A stretch of DNA of 64,000 bases from Podarcis filfolensis (taxonomy: Eukaryota), in assembly GCA_964270895.1 (NCBI GenBank), contig OZ185449.1. One strand, given 5' to 3'. Below the pieces are notes generated by a model. That model saw only the letters and a list, made by a program, of their open reading frames with translations. It searched no databases and was not told the origin of the DNA. Each line of letters opens with the position of its first letter. Positions within the stretch are counted from its first letter, which is position 1. The position numbers and the translations under genes are program-made. Shown here one piece after another: positions 1 through 13,227 of the stretch.

Positions 1-629
1 TAAGCCACACTTACTTCACAATTAAGCTGAGTTGTGTACATATGAGACTGCCATTGCACATGTTTAGATGATAGTGCATGGACAGATGATGGCTTCACAA
101 ATAGGAGTTGGGAAGGTTGCAGGAATGGGGAAACAAAGCAAGTAATGCACAACAGATAAAGATATTCCTGCTCCATCTCTGGTTTGTGCAACAATGTGCC
201 AATGCAACTTAAAATGCATTGGGGAAAACAGCCTCACTCCATTTTAAGCTGCTAATGTGTACCTAGGCACAGTTTCCCAAAGATTTGTTTTGTTTGCATT
301 TCTTGGTTTTATAAATACTTTAAATGCATAAATGATAAATAAAAGGTTTATATCTTAACATTATAAGTAAAACAAGCTTTAAAAAAAACAGCCTCAAAAA
401 GTATGAGTACTTGAACACACGCTTCTGGTAATACCTTCCATTCAATCTCCATTGAAATAAATGGGAGCTCTGTTTGCAAGAATATGTGCTCTTTCCAGCT
501 CCCAGACATATTAGTGGGGTCTACATGCGAGAGATTTTTTGTTACCTTTCTGTTTTCCTGTGGTGTTTGTTTGAAGGCATAGGGAGCATTCTCCGTAACA
601 CTAGTGAAAAGTGAGTAATTGCAATTGGG

Positions 630-656
<27 letters not shown>
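630..656. repeat. (GT)n microsatellite
   Basis: Direct reading. Confidence 0.98.
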
Positions 657-661
<5 letters not shown>

Positions 662-2520
662 CTGTGTTGTGGTTCATAGATGGGATGCCAGAAATTTAAC
701 CACATTGCCTAATTTAGTTCTTGGACAGCGATTCACATTCATGCGATGATGTTAAGATTATATATACAGTAGGTTTCCATTAGCTTGAATATTATGTGTG
801 GGACAGAACAAAACAAAGGGTTCCTCTAAATATTTAGGGGCATGACATAATACTTGGAAGTGGGACAAAACATGAGTAATTTAAAAATGTTTTTTTCTTA
901 AAACAGCTTCTAATCTCCACAGAGGCCTTTCTAGCAACAGTGAGCAGTATTTACATACATTTTGGTACAGGCCAACCTTTGCTCTTCCATTTGATCTGAA
1001 TGTCCATTTTCTAAGTAGCTGTGCTGTTTTTAGCTACAAATGTATTACAGTACACCTTAGAAAGACTGAGTAGCAGGAATCAAAATAAAGAGGAAAGGGG
1101 GGGGCGGAATCAGAGTTTGACAAAGTTCTCAGAATGAGGCTGAACCCTCTAGACATTTCTTTGGAGGAATACAGACCCTACATGACCATGTTTGTTGGCT
1201 CAGCAATGCAGGTTTTTCTCTGCAGGTGGTCTTGGAATGGCATCCAGACTGTGTCCTGCGCTGGGTTTCTTTTCTGTCTCTGTACTGATTCTGAAGGTAT
1301 GAATTTCTTTAAATATTCATCAGAATCTCTTCCTCTTGGATAACTCAATCCACATACTATTTGAATTTCTCCTCATTTCTGGTGCTGTGCCAAAAGGATG
1401 CATAAGCCCTGTAGAGATAGCAAGCACACTCAGACCTTATAAGGGGAAAAAGGCCTCTCGACATTCTGTCTTCATGCCTTTTTTATTGAAACAGGAGCAT
1501 TCGTTAGACTCAGGAGGGGCTACTTCTTATCCTTGGCAGAATGTAAGATTCATCCTTGTATAATATTACTCCGTTACAGGAAATATACTGGAAACTTCCT
1601 CCAAGCCTGTCTCTTCTGGCTGAAATCTCTGCAGAGAAAAAGAAAGAAATGCTTTCTTTGTTCCATTTAGTGGGCCTTTCTATTCCACGCATCTCTTTTG
1701 TAGAAGAAAATTGTATTGACCAGCCAAGTTGCATAGATATATTAATACTTTTTTAAAAAAATCTGCAGTCTAGCATTTCCACCTATATGTGGAGGGTTCT
1801 GGAGCATAGACAAAGCCAAGGTGCTCATGGGCTCCTTTCTTCCAACTGCCTGGGGGTCTACTTCCACAGCTACTTTGTAGTTATATAATGTGGGATGAAG
1901 GCAACCCTTTGCAGGGCTGAACATTTGTGCAAATGGGGCTTTGGTTTCCCCTTGCGTTACACATTGCACAGACCTATTTTAGGCATATTTCTGAGATGAT
2001 TTTAAAGGAAAGGTCTGTGGTTTATCATTATTTTTAGGGTCTGTTCTCTGTCTAGTCTCCCCTGCTATACCAAGCACCCCACTCAGATGCTAAATGTAGC
2101 TCAAACACCCTGCCCGGAAAGCTTCAGTTTCTCTATTTCCACCTTGACTATCCACTGAACAGCTGCAGAACAAATTACCAGCTAGTGCCTGTGTAAGCAA
2201 TACAGCTCTTGAAATTGTGTTGACCTTGGAACATTCATTTCTTTCCATTTCTTCAGTCCTCAGCCTCCCAATTGGATTCCTCTTTTCTTTAGGTTTCAAA
2301 TGCAACCAAGCCTCTCTGCCTCTAATTGACAACTTCAAGTTGGCAAGGCCCAGGGAACCATCTCCTTCATGACTGGTTTCCCAGCAATGTGAATTTATTT
2401 CAGCTTCCCACAGAGCACATTTGAGCTTATCTAAGCAACAGATCCTAGCATCTTGTAGGAGCTGTAGCAAACAGCATCTCTGCTCTTTGCCATCAATAGT
2501 TTTTGTCCGATGTGGAAAAA

Positions 2521-2889
2521 ATAGCTTTTGAGAAGGTAAAGCATCTGCTTGGATGCAGAAGGTACCAGATTCAATTTCCAACATCTCCAGCTGTGACTGG
2601 GAGAGACTCCCTGTTTGAAACCCTAGGAAGCCACTGTCTATCAGTGTAGACCAGGGGTAGTCAACCTTTTTATACCTACTGCCCACTAATGGTGAAATTT
2701 TCCTTACCGCCCACCAGTGCTCGATGGAAGGAGGATTCAGCTTGTGCCGTAGAACCCCCTACCGCCCACCTAGAATCCTGAAACGCCCACTAGTAGGCAG
2801 TAGGGACCAGGTTGACAACCCCTGGTGTAGGCAATGTTGAGCTAGATGGGCCAATGGTCTGACTCCACATAATGCAGTTCCTCTGTCCT
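2521..2889 (+). mobile_element. tRNA-derived squamate SINE (Squam3-like) interrupted by a hAT MITE
   Basis: gcatctgcttggatgcagaagg...ctgggagagactcc...gtgtagac [insert] aatgttgagctagatgggccaatggtctgact follows the recalled consensus on both sides of the insert. Confidence 0.75.
2652..2824. mobile_element. hAT-type MITE (173 bp)
   Basis: TIRs caggggtagtcaacct / aggttgacaacccctg (15/16); 8-bp TSD gtgtagac / gtgtaggc. Confidence 0.9.
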
Positions 2890-4291
2890 TTTTTGATTTT
2901 GGTCCTGTAGACACTGAAAGTGGGACAGCAAAGGCAACCCTCCTATGTCTTGGAGAGGCTAGACTGTAGTCAGTCTCCTAGCCCAGGTTTACCATGTAGT
3001 TGTGGGACACAGCAAGCACCTCCTCTCTTGGGGAATAGTGCTCCTATGGTTCATCTGTACAAAGGGCTCTCTTCCACAGACTTCAAATCCAGAGGCCTGG
3101 GAAGAAATTGTGGGAGAAGTCAAAATTATGTAGCAAAGGAATGCTTTTCACTAACAGAATTCCTCAGGTGATTCAGCGTGCACCATCTCACATTCATTCA
3201 TTCAATTTATTACAGTCAATAAGCTGGAAATAAAATAAAAACATAAAGCATACCAGAATCTAATAGCAAAACAGATTCAGAACTGTGACATAATAACAAT
3301 TATATAGAACTATTATAATCTCTGCTTAGTCTTAGTCCAGATTCAGGTGCTGTGTTGTTCGTATGTTTTCACAGCTACTGACAAAACTTTAGCCACTATC
3401 AATGATATCCTTGGGATTTTATCTTCCATCAGATATTTAAAATAAAGTTGAACTGATCTTCCTGGTAATTTGGTGAGCAAAGGGTTGAAAAACAAAATGA
3501 TTTGCTCTAAAAATTCTGCTTCCTGATTATTACATGGGCATAACCTTGAGTAAAGAGGGGTGCAAGTGTATCTGTCTCGAAGCATTTGAGATGAGAAAAC
3601 ATGAAATCTGGGCAGAGTAGAAGCTCTGTAGTATATAACTACAACAGATTTGTGAAGTAAATAATCAATGAAGCAGCTATGAGTTAATTAATTGTATACC
3701 ACCATGATAGTGGTGTTGAATAGTGGCAATTTACAAACAAACTAACTAATTGTGCCTGGGAAGCACCAGCCAGCCTCTATTTCCAGCCATTATTGTTGTA
3801 TAAAGAGCAAACTTTGTAAACAACTGAACTGTTCCCCTTCAAATAGCAAATTTACACTTAGCTATATTTAGAGTTCCATTAGTCACAGAAGTCTAGGAAG
3901 CCACTTTTAGCACTTACACTCAAAAGACATGTGAAACTATTACCCTTTAGTTTGTTTAATTGGTCACAGATGCAGGATGGCTAAGAATTAGCTACTGCAT
4001 AAGACAAGAAGAGTAATTAGAACCTTTCACTCTTCCACCTTCTCAACAATTTACTTCTTCCTACTTTGCTTGCTCTCTGAGGTTGTATAGTTGTTTCAGA
4101 ATAGCCATAGGAGCAAAGGACTTGATTGTTTAGTTAATGGCTATGGTTTGTTCTTCTCAGAGTAGATCCATTGAAATTAAAGGGCATGGCTAACATGAAT
4201 ACATTACTTTAGATGAGTCTACTCTGAATAGGACTAGCCTTGGATCCAGCGCTTTCTCTTTTTTTCTTCTCTTCTCTACTTCATTGCTAAA

Positions 4292-4646
4292 GGGACGTGG
4301 GTGGTGCTGTGGGTTAAACCACAGAGCCTAGGACTTGCCGATCAGAAGGTCGACGGTTCGAATCACCGCAGCGGGGTGAGCTCCTGTTGCTCGGTCCCAG
4401 CTCCTGCCCACCTAGCAGTTTGAAAGCACGTCAAAGTGCAAGTAGATAAATAGGTACCGCTCCAGCAGGAAGGTAAACGGCGTTTCCGTGCACTGCTCTG
4501 GTTCGCCAGAAGCAGCTTAGTCATGCTGGCCACATGACCCGGAAGCTGTACACCGGCTCCCTTGGCCAATAAAGCGAGATGAGCGCCGCAACCCCAGAGT
4601 CGGCCACGACTGGACCTAATGGTCAGGGGTCCCTTTACCTTTACCT
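4292..4646 (+). mobile_element. Full-length Sauria SINE (Podarcis-type)
   Basis: tRNA-like head with B-box (ggttcgaatc), Sauria core, (ACCTTT)n tail; flanks ctacttcattgc / ctacttaattgc resemble a TSD. Confidence 0.92.
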
Positions 4647-5294
4647 ACTTAATTGCAGGAAGTAGAGAACTGAAGTCTTCTGCAGGGTTTCATACAGATC
4701 AGAGGGGAAGACAGAGTAGAAATAGGATAATGAACTACCCTTGTCTCTACCTTACCATAAAGACTAGAGAGACTGTTGGTTAGAAGGTACTTCTGCTCTG
4801 AAAGCATTAGCCTGTTAAAAAATTCTGAGGTTAATTTCCTGCCAACAAACACTCTACATCAAGACACAAAGAAGGGAAGGGATGTTAAAATTCTTTCTTT
4901 ACATTAAATTTTATGTCATTAAGCTTTTGAAACAGGGCCTTCTTGGTTGTTCCATAGCCTGCAGAGATCTGTCTTGTGACAACCAGGAGGAATGCCTTTT
5001 CTATTGTGGCATGCAGCCTGTGGATTGATTGCTCCTCAGAGATAAATTAAGTACCTACTGCTTTTTTGTTTTTGGTGCCTGCTAAAAAGTTATTTATTCT
5101 TCCAGGGCTTTGCTGACCATTTGTACCAGCATGTTTAGTTCATCCTAACTTGGTTGCTATTGTGTTCATTGTTTTTGTTGTATTTTTAATGTTTTATTAT
5201 GAACCTGGTTGATTTATTTTTTATGGTAGGTGATATAAAAGTATTTAAAATAAATAAATATCAAGGGGGAAAGAGCAACCTAAAAAGAAAGTTG

Positions 5295-5832
5295 ATACCA
5301 CGGGGGGGGGGGGAGGGAATCTTCTTATATGCAAGTACAGCAGCTAGAGTAGTGATTGCTGCTAAGTGGAAGTCACAAACTCTACCCTTAAGGGAGGAAT
5401 GGATTTGTAAACTAAATGAATATTTAACTCTGGCAAAACTAACAGCTATTATAAGAAACTAATCGAATCAAAATTTTAAAAGGAGTGGGAATGTTTTGAT
5501 GAATATATGGTAAAATACTACTCAAAAAAGATGTGCTAATATGCCTAGATTAAAATGTAAAGTATCTGAGGGAAGATAAATTCGTAAGGAAAGATCGGAA
5601 GAATATACAGAAGATTGGAGAAGATTGTAAAATGCAAAGATAAATGTAATCTCAGAATGTAGAGGAAATCGAGTGGGGGCGGAGGGAAGCTGGGGGAGGG
5701 ACAAAAGAATATTAGGTTTGATTGATGGATATATGGGAGGATGGGGAGGATGTGGTGATGGCTTTGGTTTATTTGTATTGTGTAATATGGAAAAAACAAT
5801 AAAATATTGTATTGGAGAAAAAAGAAAAAAAG
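5295..5832 (+). mobile_element. 5'-truncated squamate L1 (ORF2 C-terminus, G-rich 3'UTR, A-rich tail)
   Basis: FLYASTAARVVIAAKWK..EEWICKLNEYLTLAKLT resembles lizard L1 ORF2 ends; candidate 12-bp TSD aaaagaaagttg at 5283-5294 and 5833-5844. Confidence 0.8.
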
Positions 5833-6086
5833 AAAAGAAAGTTGTTGTTGTAAACGTTAGCTGACATACTGCTCGCAACTGATTCATTTCTTTTCTTAAT
5901 CAAATAGGCTTCATGTTTACCACTACCTTTTCTTACATTCTTTTAAGTTGAGAGTCACCTGAGAAATGAGCCTTCAATCACCCTTCAAATCACCCTTCAA
6001 AATTTCATAAAAATGTTGCATGGTGTGCTGTGGTCCCAGATGCAGTGTCTTCAGGTCTCTTTGAATCAGTGTAATTGATATTAGAG

Positions 6087-6222
6087 CAGGCTTCCTCAGC
6101 CTCGGCCCTCCAGATGTTTTGAGACTACAATTCCCATCATCTGTGACCACTGGTCCTGCTAGCTAGGGATCATGGGAGTTGTAGGCCAAAAACATCTGGA
6201 GGGCCGAGGTTGAGGAAGCCTG
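6087..6222. mobile_element. Palindromic hAT-type MITE (136 bp)
   Basis: Long TIRs caggcttcctcagcctcggccctccagatgttt / aaacatctggagggccgaggttgaggaagcctg; 8-bp TSD tattagag / cattagag. Confidence 0.9.
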
Positions 6223-7997
6223 CATTAGAGCTACTGAGTATGGTCAGACATTTTGGTATGAATTTCAGTCTGGTGAAATTGTCAAAATAATTTCCTGTAA
6301 GGTTTGCACTATTTACATTAGGCTTCGGAGAACAGCTCTTGCAGCTTGCCGAAATTAACATGTTTTGCTAAAGACAGAGTCTTCCCCTATTTTGTGATAC
6401 AGTTTCATATTATCAGTTTTGGTTTAAACAGGTGCTTGCGTTGTAGGTGGATAGAGCTATGCAATAAATATGGTGCCTTCTTTGTTTTGAATTGTCAGTA
6501 GTAATTTAATGAGATGCTCAGTGTATTTTCTTTGTGTTTCTAAATTCATAAACTGTGAATAAAAATAAAGAGTGTTAAGGGGAAATAAATCAGTGAACAT
6601 GATCTTGAACCTACACACAGATTTTTATAAAACTCCCCCTTACTCTTTGCTTGCCTGGAATGATTAGAGAGACATCTCAGCCAAATGCTTAACAAATTGT
6701 AAGTAGTTGAACTTTAAGCACAACTGATAGACGTATTCTGTGCCAGAGGGTAGCGTGCCATGCTTCCTCACCAGGGCACCCGTCTGGGAACTGAATTCTG
6801 CTTCCTCAGTTCTGAAAGTTCAAGTAAGAGTAGTGCCAAATCAAACATCAAATGGTTTCTCCAAAGTTTTTTCTTGCTTTTCCCCCCTTTTCCTTTTTCC
6901 TTTTAACAAAACCACCTGCAGAGGTACTAACTGAACTATGTTCTCCATTTAAGTTCCATAGAGTGGAGTGGAGTTTCTAATATTTAGGAACACCAGGCAG
7001 ATATCCAGGCCAGTAATGAGTGGCAAAACCCACTCCCGCCCTTAGGAAACAAGATATACATGTTTGGGATAATAATAATTTATTGGCCCATAAAATCTCT
7101 TGAATAATCAGGTCATGGACCAAGACTCTGAGAATAATTTTGTAGGCTTGAAACCAGAATGAAATACCGATGGAACAAATTTTCAGGATTTGGACCAGGA
7201 TATGATTACAGTAGGTTACAAACTCAGTTGTTGACATTTAAAAAAGGAAGCAAGAAGTATCATCACAGTTTAAGAACACTATCCAACTTGTCAAAAGCAC
7301 TCAGTGGGTGTGGAGAAGAACCATTGAAGAGGGTGGCATGGGTTGTGGTTTAGGAAGAGTCCCAGGGGACTGGTAGAGAGGTTTGGAGGACTGCATTTGT
7401 CCCCTGGGTCTCGGGTTCCTTATCCCTGCTACAGTTTTTTTATTCAACCAATACGCATGTGTAGCAGATGTCAGAGAGCAGGGCTGTAGGATACTCTGTT
7501 AAGTAATGGAAAGAAAGAGGAGGGACTGGCTGGACAAAATGACTGGTGGAGTGTGAGGGAAGAAAAGGAGGAAATGGGAAGGAAGGAGGCAAAATGAATG
7601 GACTGAGGGAGAGAAAGAGAAGCAAATTCCAGAGAAGGGTTAGATATCAATAGAAAACAACCACAACTGATGAGTCCAAACTCAACCTCCCCCACTTTAT
7701 GACTGGCTGTGCCCCTACACCATCATTTTATGACTGGTGGGTGGGCCACAGTAATTCTGAACTAACTTTGGATACATTGCTAAACCATATTTTGAACTCA
7801 TGCCAAGATCCAGCTAACATACATTCAAACAATCTGGAGTTTCTTTCACTGTCTCCTCCTTTCTCTCTCTTTAGAATAATTGATTGGTTTCATAGTAAAA
7901 TAGTACTGAGCTACTCCAACAAAATCTGTGGAGTATCACATGCATCAGTCTCATGTAAGAAAAAAAATGAGTGAGAATACTGTCAAATAATTGAATA

Positions 7998-8242
7998 CAG
8001 TGGTACCTCTGGATGCGAACGGGATCTGTTCCGGAGCCCCGTTCTCATCCTAAAGTGAACGCAACCCGTGTCTGCGCAGTCACGATTCGCCGCTTCTGCA
8101 CATGCGTGTGACGTCATTTTGAGCGTCTGCACGTGCACGAGCGGCAAAACCCGGAAGTAACACGGTCTGTTACTTCCAGGTTGCTGCGGAGCACAACCCG
8201 AAAACGCTCAACCCAAAGCTACTTCAACCCAAGGTATGATTG
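7998..8242. mobile_element. Tc1/mariner (Tigger-like) MITE
   Basis: TA|cagtggtacctc ... aaggtatgattg|TA; CpG-rich interior related to 17882-18100. Confidence 0.75.
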
Positions 8243-9927
8243 TAATTAAATACATCACTAGGGATTCAACTATCTGTGACATAGGCTCTCTCTAGTAAGC
8301 ATGAGTGACCAGAGGTCTTACATTAATGTCACTTTGGATGCAGTGCTAAACCATAGTTTAAACTGGTGTTGAACAAGCCAAGATTCAGCTGACAGACATT
8401 CATTCAAACTGCAGTTTGTCTCACCAAGTTCTGGTTTGCTGTCTCACCACCTCCTCTGTGACTATCCAATACCCACCATGAATCCTTTTGCGTTGTTGGA
8501 GGACTGACAAGGCGTTACAATGCCACCAGTTCTTTTAATGCTGGCTAACTGCAAAAACAGGATGGAAAATGCTGATACTCTCCACCTCTGCTTGACACGC
8601 CCTTGAGCAAAAAGCCCAAACATATCTGAAGCTTCTATCCCTTCCTTCTTTCACTCCCAAGCCGTGCAAGGAAAAATAACAGTGATGCAGCAGCAGATAG
8701 GGGAAGTAGAATCAGCAAGTAACTTCAGAAACAACAGCAGCAGCAGCAACAACAACATTAAATTAATTAAAGTTTTCTTCAGGAAATGCTTCTCCAGCTC
8801 TGCACTCCAAACTACTTTTGACACGAAAACTGAAATGAGCACAAATGCAGGGCAGCCTTATACTACACTGTTGCCATGACTTTCACTTTGGCCAATATGC
8901 AAGTAATTGTGTGAAGTGAATCCAAGATGAAGGAAAAAATGCCTCATGTGTAAGTTTTTTAAATCTTAGATTACACCCTGAAACTGCACAATTGTCCAAG
9001 ATCAGCCAAGAATCTGTTCCAACAGGAGGCCTGAAATAAACTCATAAAACCTTTTCATAAAGAAAACAGTCATCCAGACTGGATAAATAAACATCTGGAA
9101 TAGTATGGAAAAGGCCAGCCTCCAAAGCTATATGAGGTTAAAAGAGGATCTGCACAATAATGAATTGACAATCACTAGAACACTTGTATAGCCACCATAG
9201 TGGATGAAGGTCTATTTCCAGGGACAGGATGCTATGAAAGCTGTTAGATTATTTATGCGTGTTTTGGGCAATTCCCCAAAGATGAGCATTTAATTACATC
9301 AAGTTTAAAAACTTAAGATTGTGGGGGGAAACCTCCCCTCTAAAAATTCCTTTAACCACATCAGAGGCGGTGTGTTGTGGGCTGTATTTATTGTAACTTC
9401 CTCAGCATTGCTTGCTTTTTACAAGAAGCATGTCGTCATTTTTCAGATGCTGAAATCCAACAAATGGGAATTTAAAAATATGTCTTTTGAGCTTTTCCTT
9501 CCATGAAAATGAGGGATTCATTTACAATAATAACTTTATAAATAACAAATCTATACATTTTAAAGCCTAAGATAAGAGTCAGTGCAAGACTATCCACTGC
9601 ATTTGTGTCTTTAATCTGAATGTCTTAACTTTTTATAAAACTGAAACTTGGGTAATAGATTTGCTCTGTGCTCAAGTAGTTATTGTGGGACCAGTTCTTC
9701 ACAAAGTTCTCATGCATAAACCATTGGTTTGAATGAGAGCCACACAATAACTCTCTTTTACATCTTTCATTTTAATGGGGCTTGAGCAGGACAACCTCCT
9801 AAGATTGTGTCATATATTTTTCACATTGAATTTTTAACCAATGGCAGATTTTGGTGGCCCTAATTTCCCAAACACACTGCTTTTCTTGATGCTAGATGCA
9901 TCCTTCCCACCCACTGAGAATGTTCAC

Positions 9928-10645
9928 CAGGGGTCGGCAAACTAAGGCCTGCGGGCCGGATCAGGCCCACTTGGGTTGTAAATCCGGCCTGCGCCGTGAA
10001 GATGGAACCCGTCATGAAGCCAAGACTCCCGGCGATGCAGCTCTGCCACTCAATCACCGCGCCTTGTTTACCTCAGTGTGGCGTGGGATCGTCTCTGCCA
10101 ATCAAACGCTGCGCCTGGTTTACCTCAGCGGCATTTGATTGGCAGAGACGTCCCCGCACCGCACTTAGGTGAAGCAGGCGCGGTGTCTGATTGGCAGAGC
10201 CGCTGCCACTCAGCCTCTTCCTCCTGTCGCAAGGAGGCAAGACAGCGCCCACTGCCTGCTCTGGCTCCTCCCCAGCTCTAGAAGTCCGCTTTCCCTTTCC
10301 CGCCTGCTTCCACCTGCGCCGCCAGGAGATGCCACATCTTGGCGTGTAGCCAAACCCTGCCCTGTCGTTGGATGCATGGACACTAAGAGCCCTAAAGACC
10401 CACTTACTCACAAGTAAGCCGCAGTCATTTCAAGGCCGTTTGTTCAGCGCCTGAAGAACTGCTGAGAATGAAATGTGCTACGGATCGTGCCCCTGGGAAG
10501 GTAAGCACAATGGTTGGCCCCCCTCGCCTCTTCTTCCAGCTCCCTCTCCCCGCCCCACCCCCACCCCCCGTGCTGCTTCTCCTGCCTGCCACAAGGTCTG
10601 AGGGACAGTGGACCTGCCCGCAGTTAAAATTTTTGCCGACCCCTG
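9928..10645. mobile_element. Non-autonomous hAT element (718 bp)
   Basis: 14-bp perfect TIRs caggggtcggcaaa / tttgccgacccctg; 8-bp TSD atgttcac / atgttcat. Confidence 0.92.
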
Positions 10646-11451
10646 ATGTTCATGAATTGTAGACCCAGCTGGCCTGAAATGGAATTGTACATGAAATGGT
10701 TTGTTTGTAAGGCTCCTAAAGTTTTCTTGTTGCTGGACAAACATTTAAAAGCAGCACAGCCCTTCCTACATGCTTGCAGTCTAATAAATGGACTACATTT
10801 AAGGCATTTACTGTTATTGCAATGACCTAAGTGGAACAGCCATTGAAAGACTTGAGTTGAGTTGCTGCTGAGCTTGCAGCCAATTAAAAAAGAGTTCTTT
10901 CTTGGAGATTGGAAGCAAATGAGACACTTCTAGTACCAAGGCTACACTAGGGAATTTTAACCGTTGTGAATGGTGTTCTTGATGGGGCCACATTTCCTCT
11001 GAAGGAACAGATTTGCAGCCTGGGTATGCCCTTGGATCACCCTTGTCACTGGTGGCGCAGGCTGCCTCCACAGCATAGAGCAGCTCTACTTGCTTAGTTT
11101 GTGCGCCAGATGTTGTCCGTACTTTGGCAATTTTTAGAAGGCTTGGTTGGACTCCCTATAAACAAACAAGGGTCATAATAACACCACTGGTATTATACCA
11201 GTTTTAAAAAACCACTGTTCCTGGTGACAGGTACCTAACCATCTTATTTTGACACCTGGGAAATTTATAATTTTTTGCAGTTTGCAGGGGTATCTTACAA
11301 ATGCCTACAGACTAGAACTGAATCTTAGAAAATGGAACATTTCCAGCATTGTTATCACTCCTTTTCTGGAGTATGACAACAACCATAACTTCAACATTTA
11401 GCAGAGCAGGTTTTATGTTTTAGAATCACATTTATATAGTACTTAAACAAA

Positions 11452-11452
<1 letters not shown>

Positions 11453-11496
<44 letters not shown>
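11453..11496. repeat. (GT)n microsatellite
   Basis: Direct reading. Confidence 0.98.
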
Positions 11497-11500
<4 letters not shown>

Positions 11501-11547
11501 CATTCAAAATAGCCCTCTGGGTATTTCTCTACTTAGTATAACTAGTA

Positions 11548-11795
11548 CTGTATTTTTCGCTCTATAGGACACACTTTTTCCCCTCCAAAAATGAAGGGGA
11601 AATGTGTGTGCGTCCTATGGAGCGAATGCAGGCTTTCACTGAAGCCTGGAGAGCGAGAGGGGTCAGTGCGGGTTCCCGCTGGGCTCCGAAGGCTTGTGGA
11701 TAGCAGCCTGCAAAGAATTTTTTTCCCTTTATTTCCCCTCCTAAAAACTAGGTGTGCCCTATGGTCTGGTGCACCCTATGGAGCGAAAAATACGG
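11548..11795. mobile_element. Tc1/mariner (pogo/Tigger-like) MITE
   Basis: TA|ctgtatttttcgctctata ... tatggagcgaaaaatacgg|TA. Confidence 0.85.
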
Positions 11796-12067
11796 TAAAT
11801 CCTGCCTGCAAAAAGAAAAAAGAAAGAAAGCACAAAAAGAACCCAGTTGCAATGCTATACATACTTGCCCTGAAAGTAAATGCCATTAAATACAGTGGGA
11901 CTTACAGGGGGAGTGAATATGCAGATGTCTGTGTTGTAAGAGTGATATTCATTAATTCCCCCTTATGCTCTCACAATAAGAGCAATGCAAGATAGTATGA
12001 GATAGCCACAGCTTCTTTCTTATTCTCTAAAGAAATGAAGGAATGAAAGGGATACATGCTATTAATC

Positions 12068-12115
<48 letters not shown>

Positions 12116-12117
12116 AA
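12068..12117. repeat. (GAAA)n microsatellite
   Basis: Direct reading. Confidence 0.98.
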
Positions 12118-12165
12118 TTAAATTACTAAAATAGTCCAAAAACAGAATCAAATGAAAATAGTTGG

Positions 12166-12166
<1 letters not shown>

Positions 12167-12211
<45 letters not shown>
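12167..12211. repeat. (ATT)n microsatellite, probably a LINE tail
   Basis: Direct reading; followed by ttgaggcaatttaca. Confidence 0.95.
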
Positions 12212-12213
<2 letters not shown>

Positions 12214-12577
12214 TAAACTGTAGCCTTGAGGCAATTTACACTTAAGATAATTTAAAACAGTTAAAAACAAAGAAGCAGTCAATGTTTGAATAAAGAATTG
12301 GTTGTAGTTGCTGTTTCAAAAGTGTATAATCCTCTTCGTTGTGTGTAAAACTCTGCAAAGCTCTTCTCTTTGCATAAATTAGGTTATTGGTGAGTCCTAG
12401 ATTAGTCATGCCTAACAAAATGCTGTGGGGGGAAAGGGGGTAATCAAAATTTCATTCAGCTGCAGTAACAATGCCCTTGAACTTTGTGCTAAAGACAAAA
12501 AACAACATCTTCAGGGAACTTCCTCTTAAAGGTAGCAGGAGGTTAATCTGTATTCCAGAGACAATCTATCTGTTGGC

Positions 12578-12705
12578 NNNNNNNNNNNNNNNNNNNNNNN
12601 NNNNNNNNNNNNNNNNNNNNNNNNNNNNNNNNNNNNNNNNNNNNNNNNNNNNNNNNNNNNNNNNNNNNNNNNNNNNNNNNNNNNNNNNNNNNNNNNNNNN
12701 NNNNN
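12578..12705. other. Assembly gap (128 N)
   Basis: Run of N characters. Confidence 1.
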
Positions 12706-13227
12706 CCACACCATTTCAGAAGTGGAACAGGTTGCATGTTTGTCTGGCCTTACAGAGTGAATGTTTGTTTCTCTCAAATAATGATCCACACTTGTCAACA
12801 TATGAATATAGCTCACCAAGACTTGGGGTAGTCTTAGCCAGTGATATTCTATTGCTTTGCAGTGTTTGTGAGTTATACATGAAGACTGTGACAACTGAGA
12901 ATTAATAGAATATGTTCAAGGGTCTGCTGAGAGAATATGTAGCTATTAAAGTTATTTAATGCTATTTGTAAGGAAAAGTGCATTTTCATGAATGTCTTCC
13001 CTGCAGACATGTGTGCATAGCTCCTACTTTGGGGGTGGGCAGTGTTTTGATAATGTTGCACTTGACGCTAGAACTCTGGAACATGAGCTGGCTTATTACA
13101 ATGCATTCTTTGTCTTTTGTGTTTCCCTTCTCTTTCCCTTCTCATCTTTCTCTGCCTGCACAGGACCCCACCTCTTGCTTCCCCATGGTTAAAATAACTT
13201 TCATATGAGAGTGGCAGTTTACAGCTC

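Noticed and set aside
2090-2686. 198-aa minus-strand ORF
   Set aside because: Crosses a SINE and a MITE boundary, no recognisable domain, no splice context.
11591-11995. 134-aa ORF as a transposase remnant
   Set aside because: Lies partly in a short non-autonomous MITE and partly in flank; no DDE or HTH motif.
12550-12730. Gap flanks resembling earlier RALGPS1 exons (IYLL before the gap; ccacaccatttcagaag after it)
   Set aside because: The nearby AG does not place the peptide in the expected phase, the similarity is only a few codons, and the exons are not recoverable; they probably lie upstream of the window.
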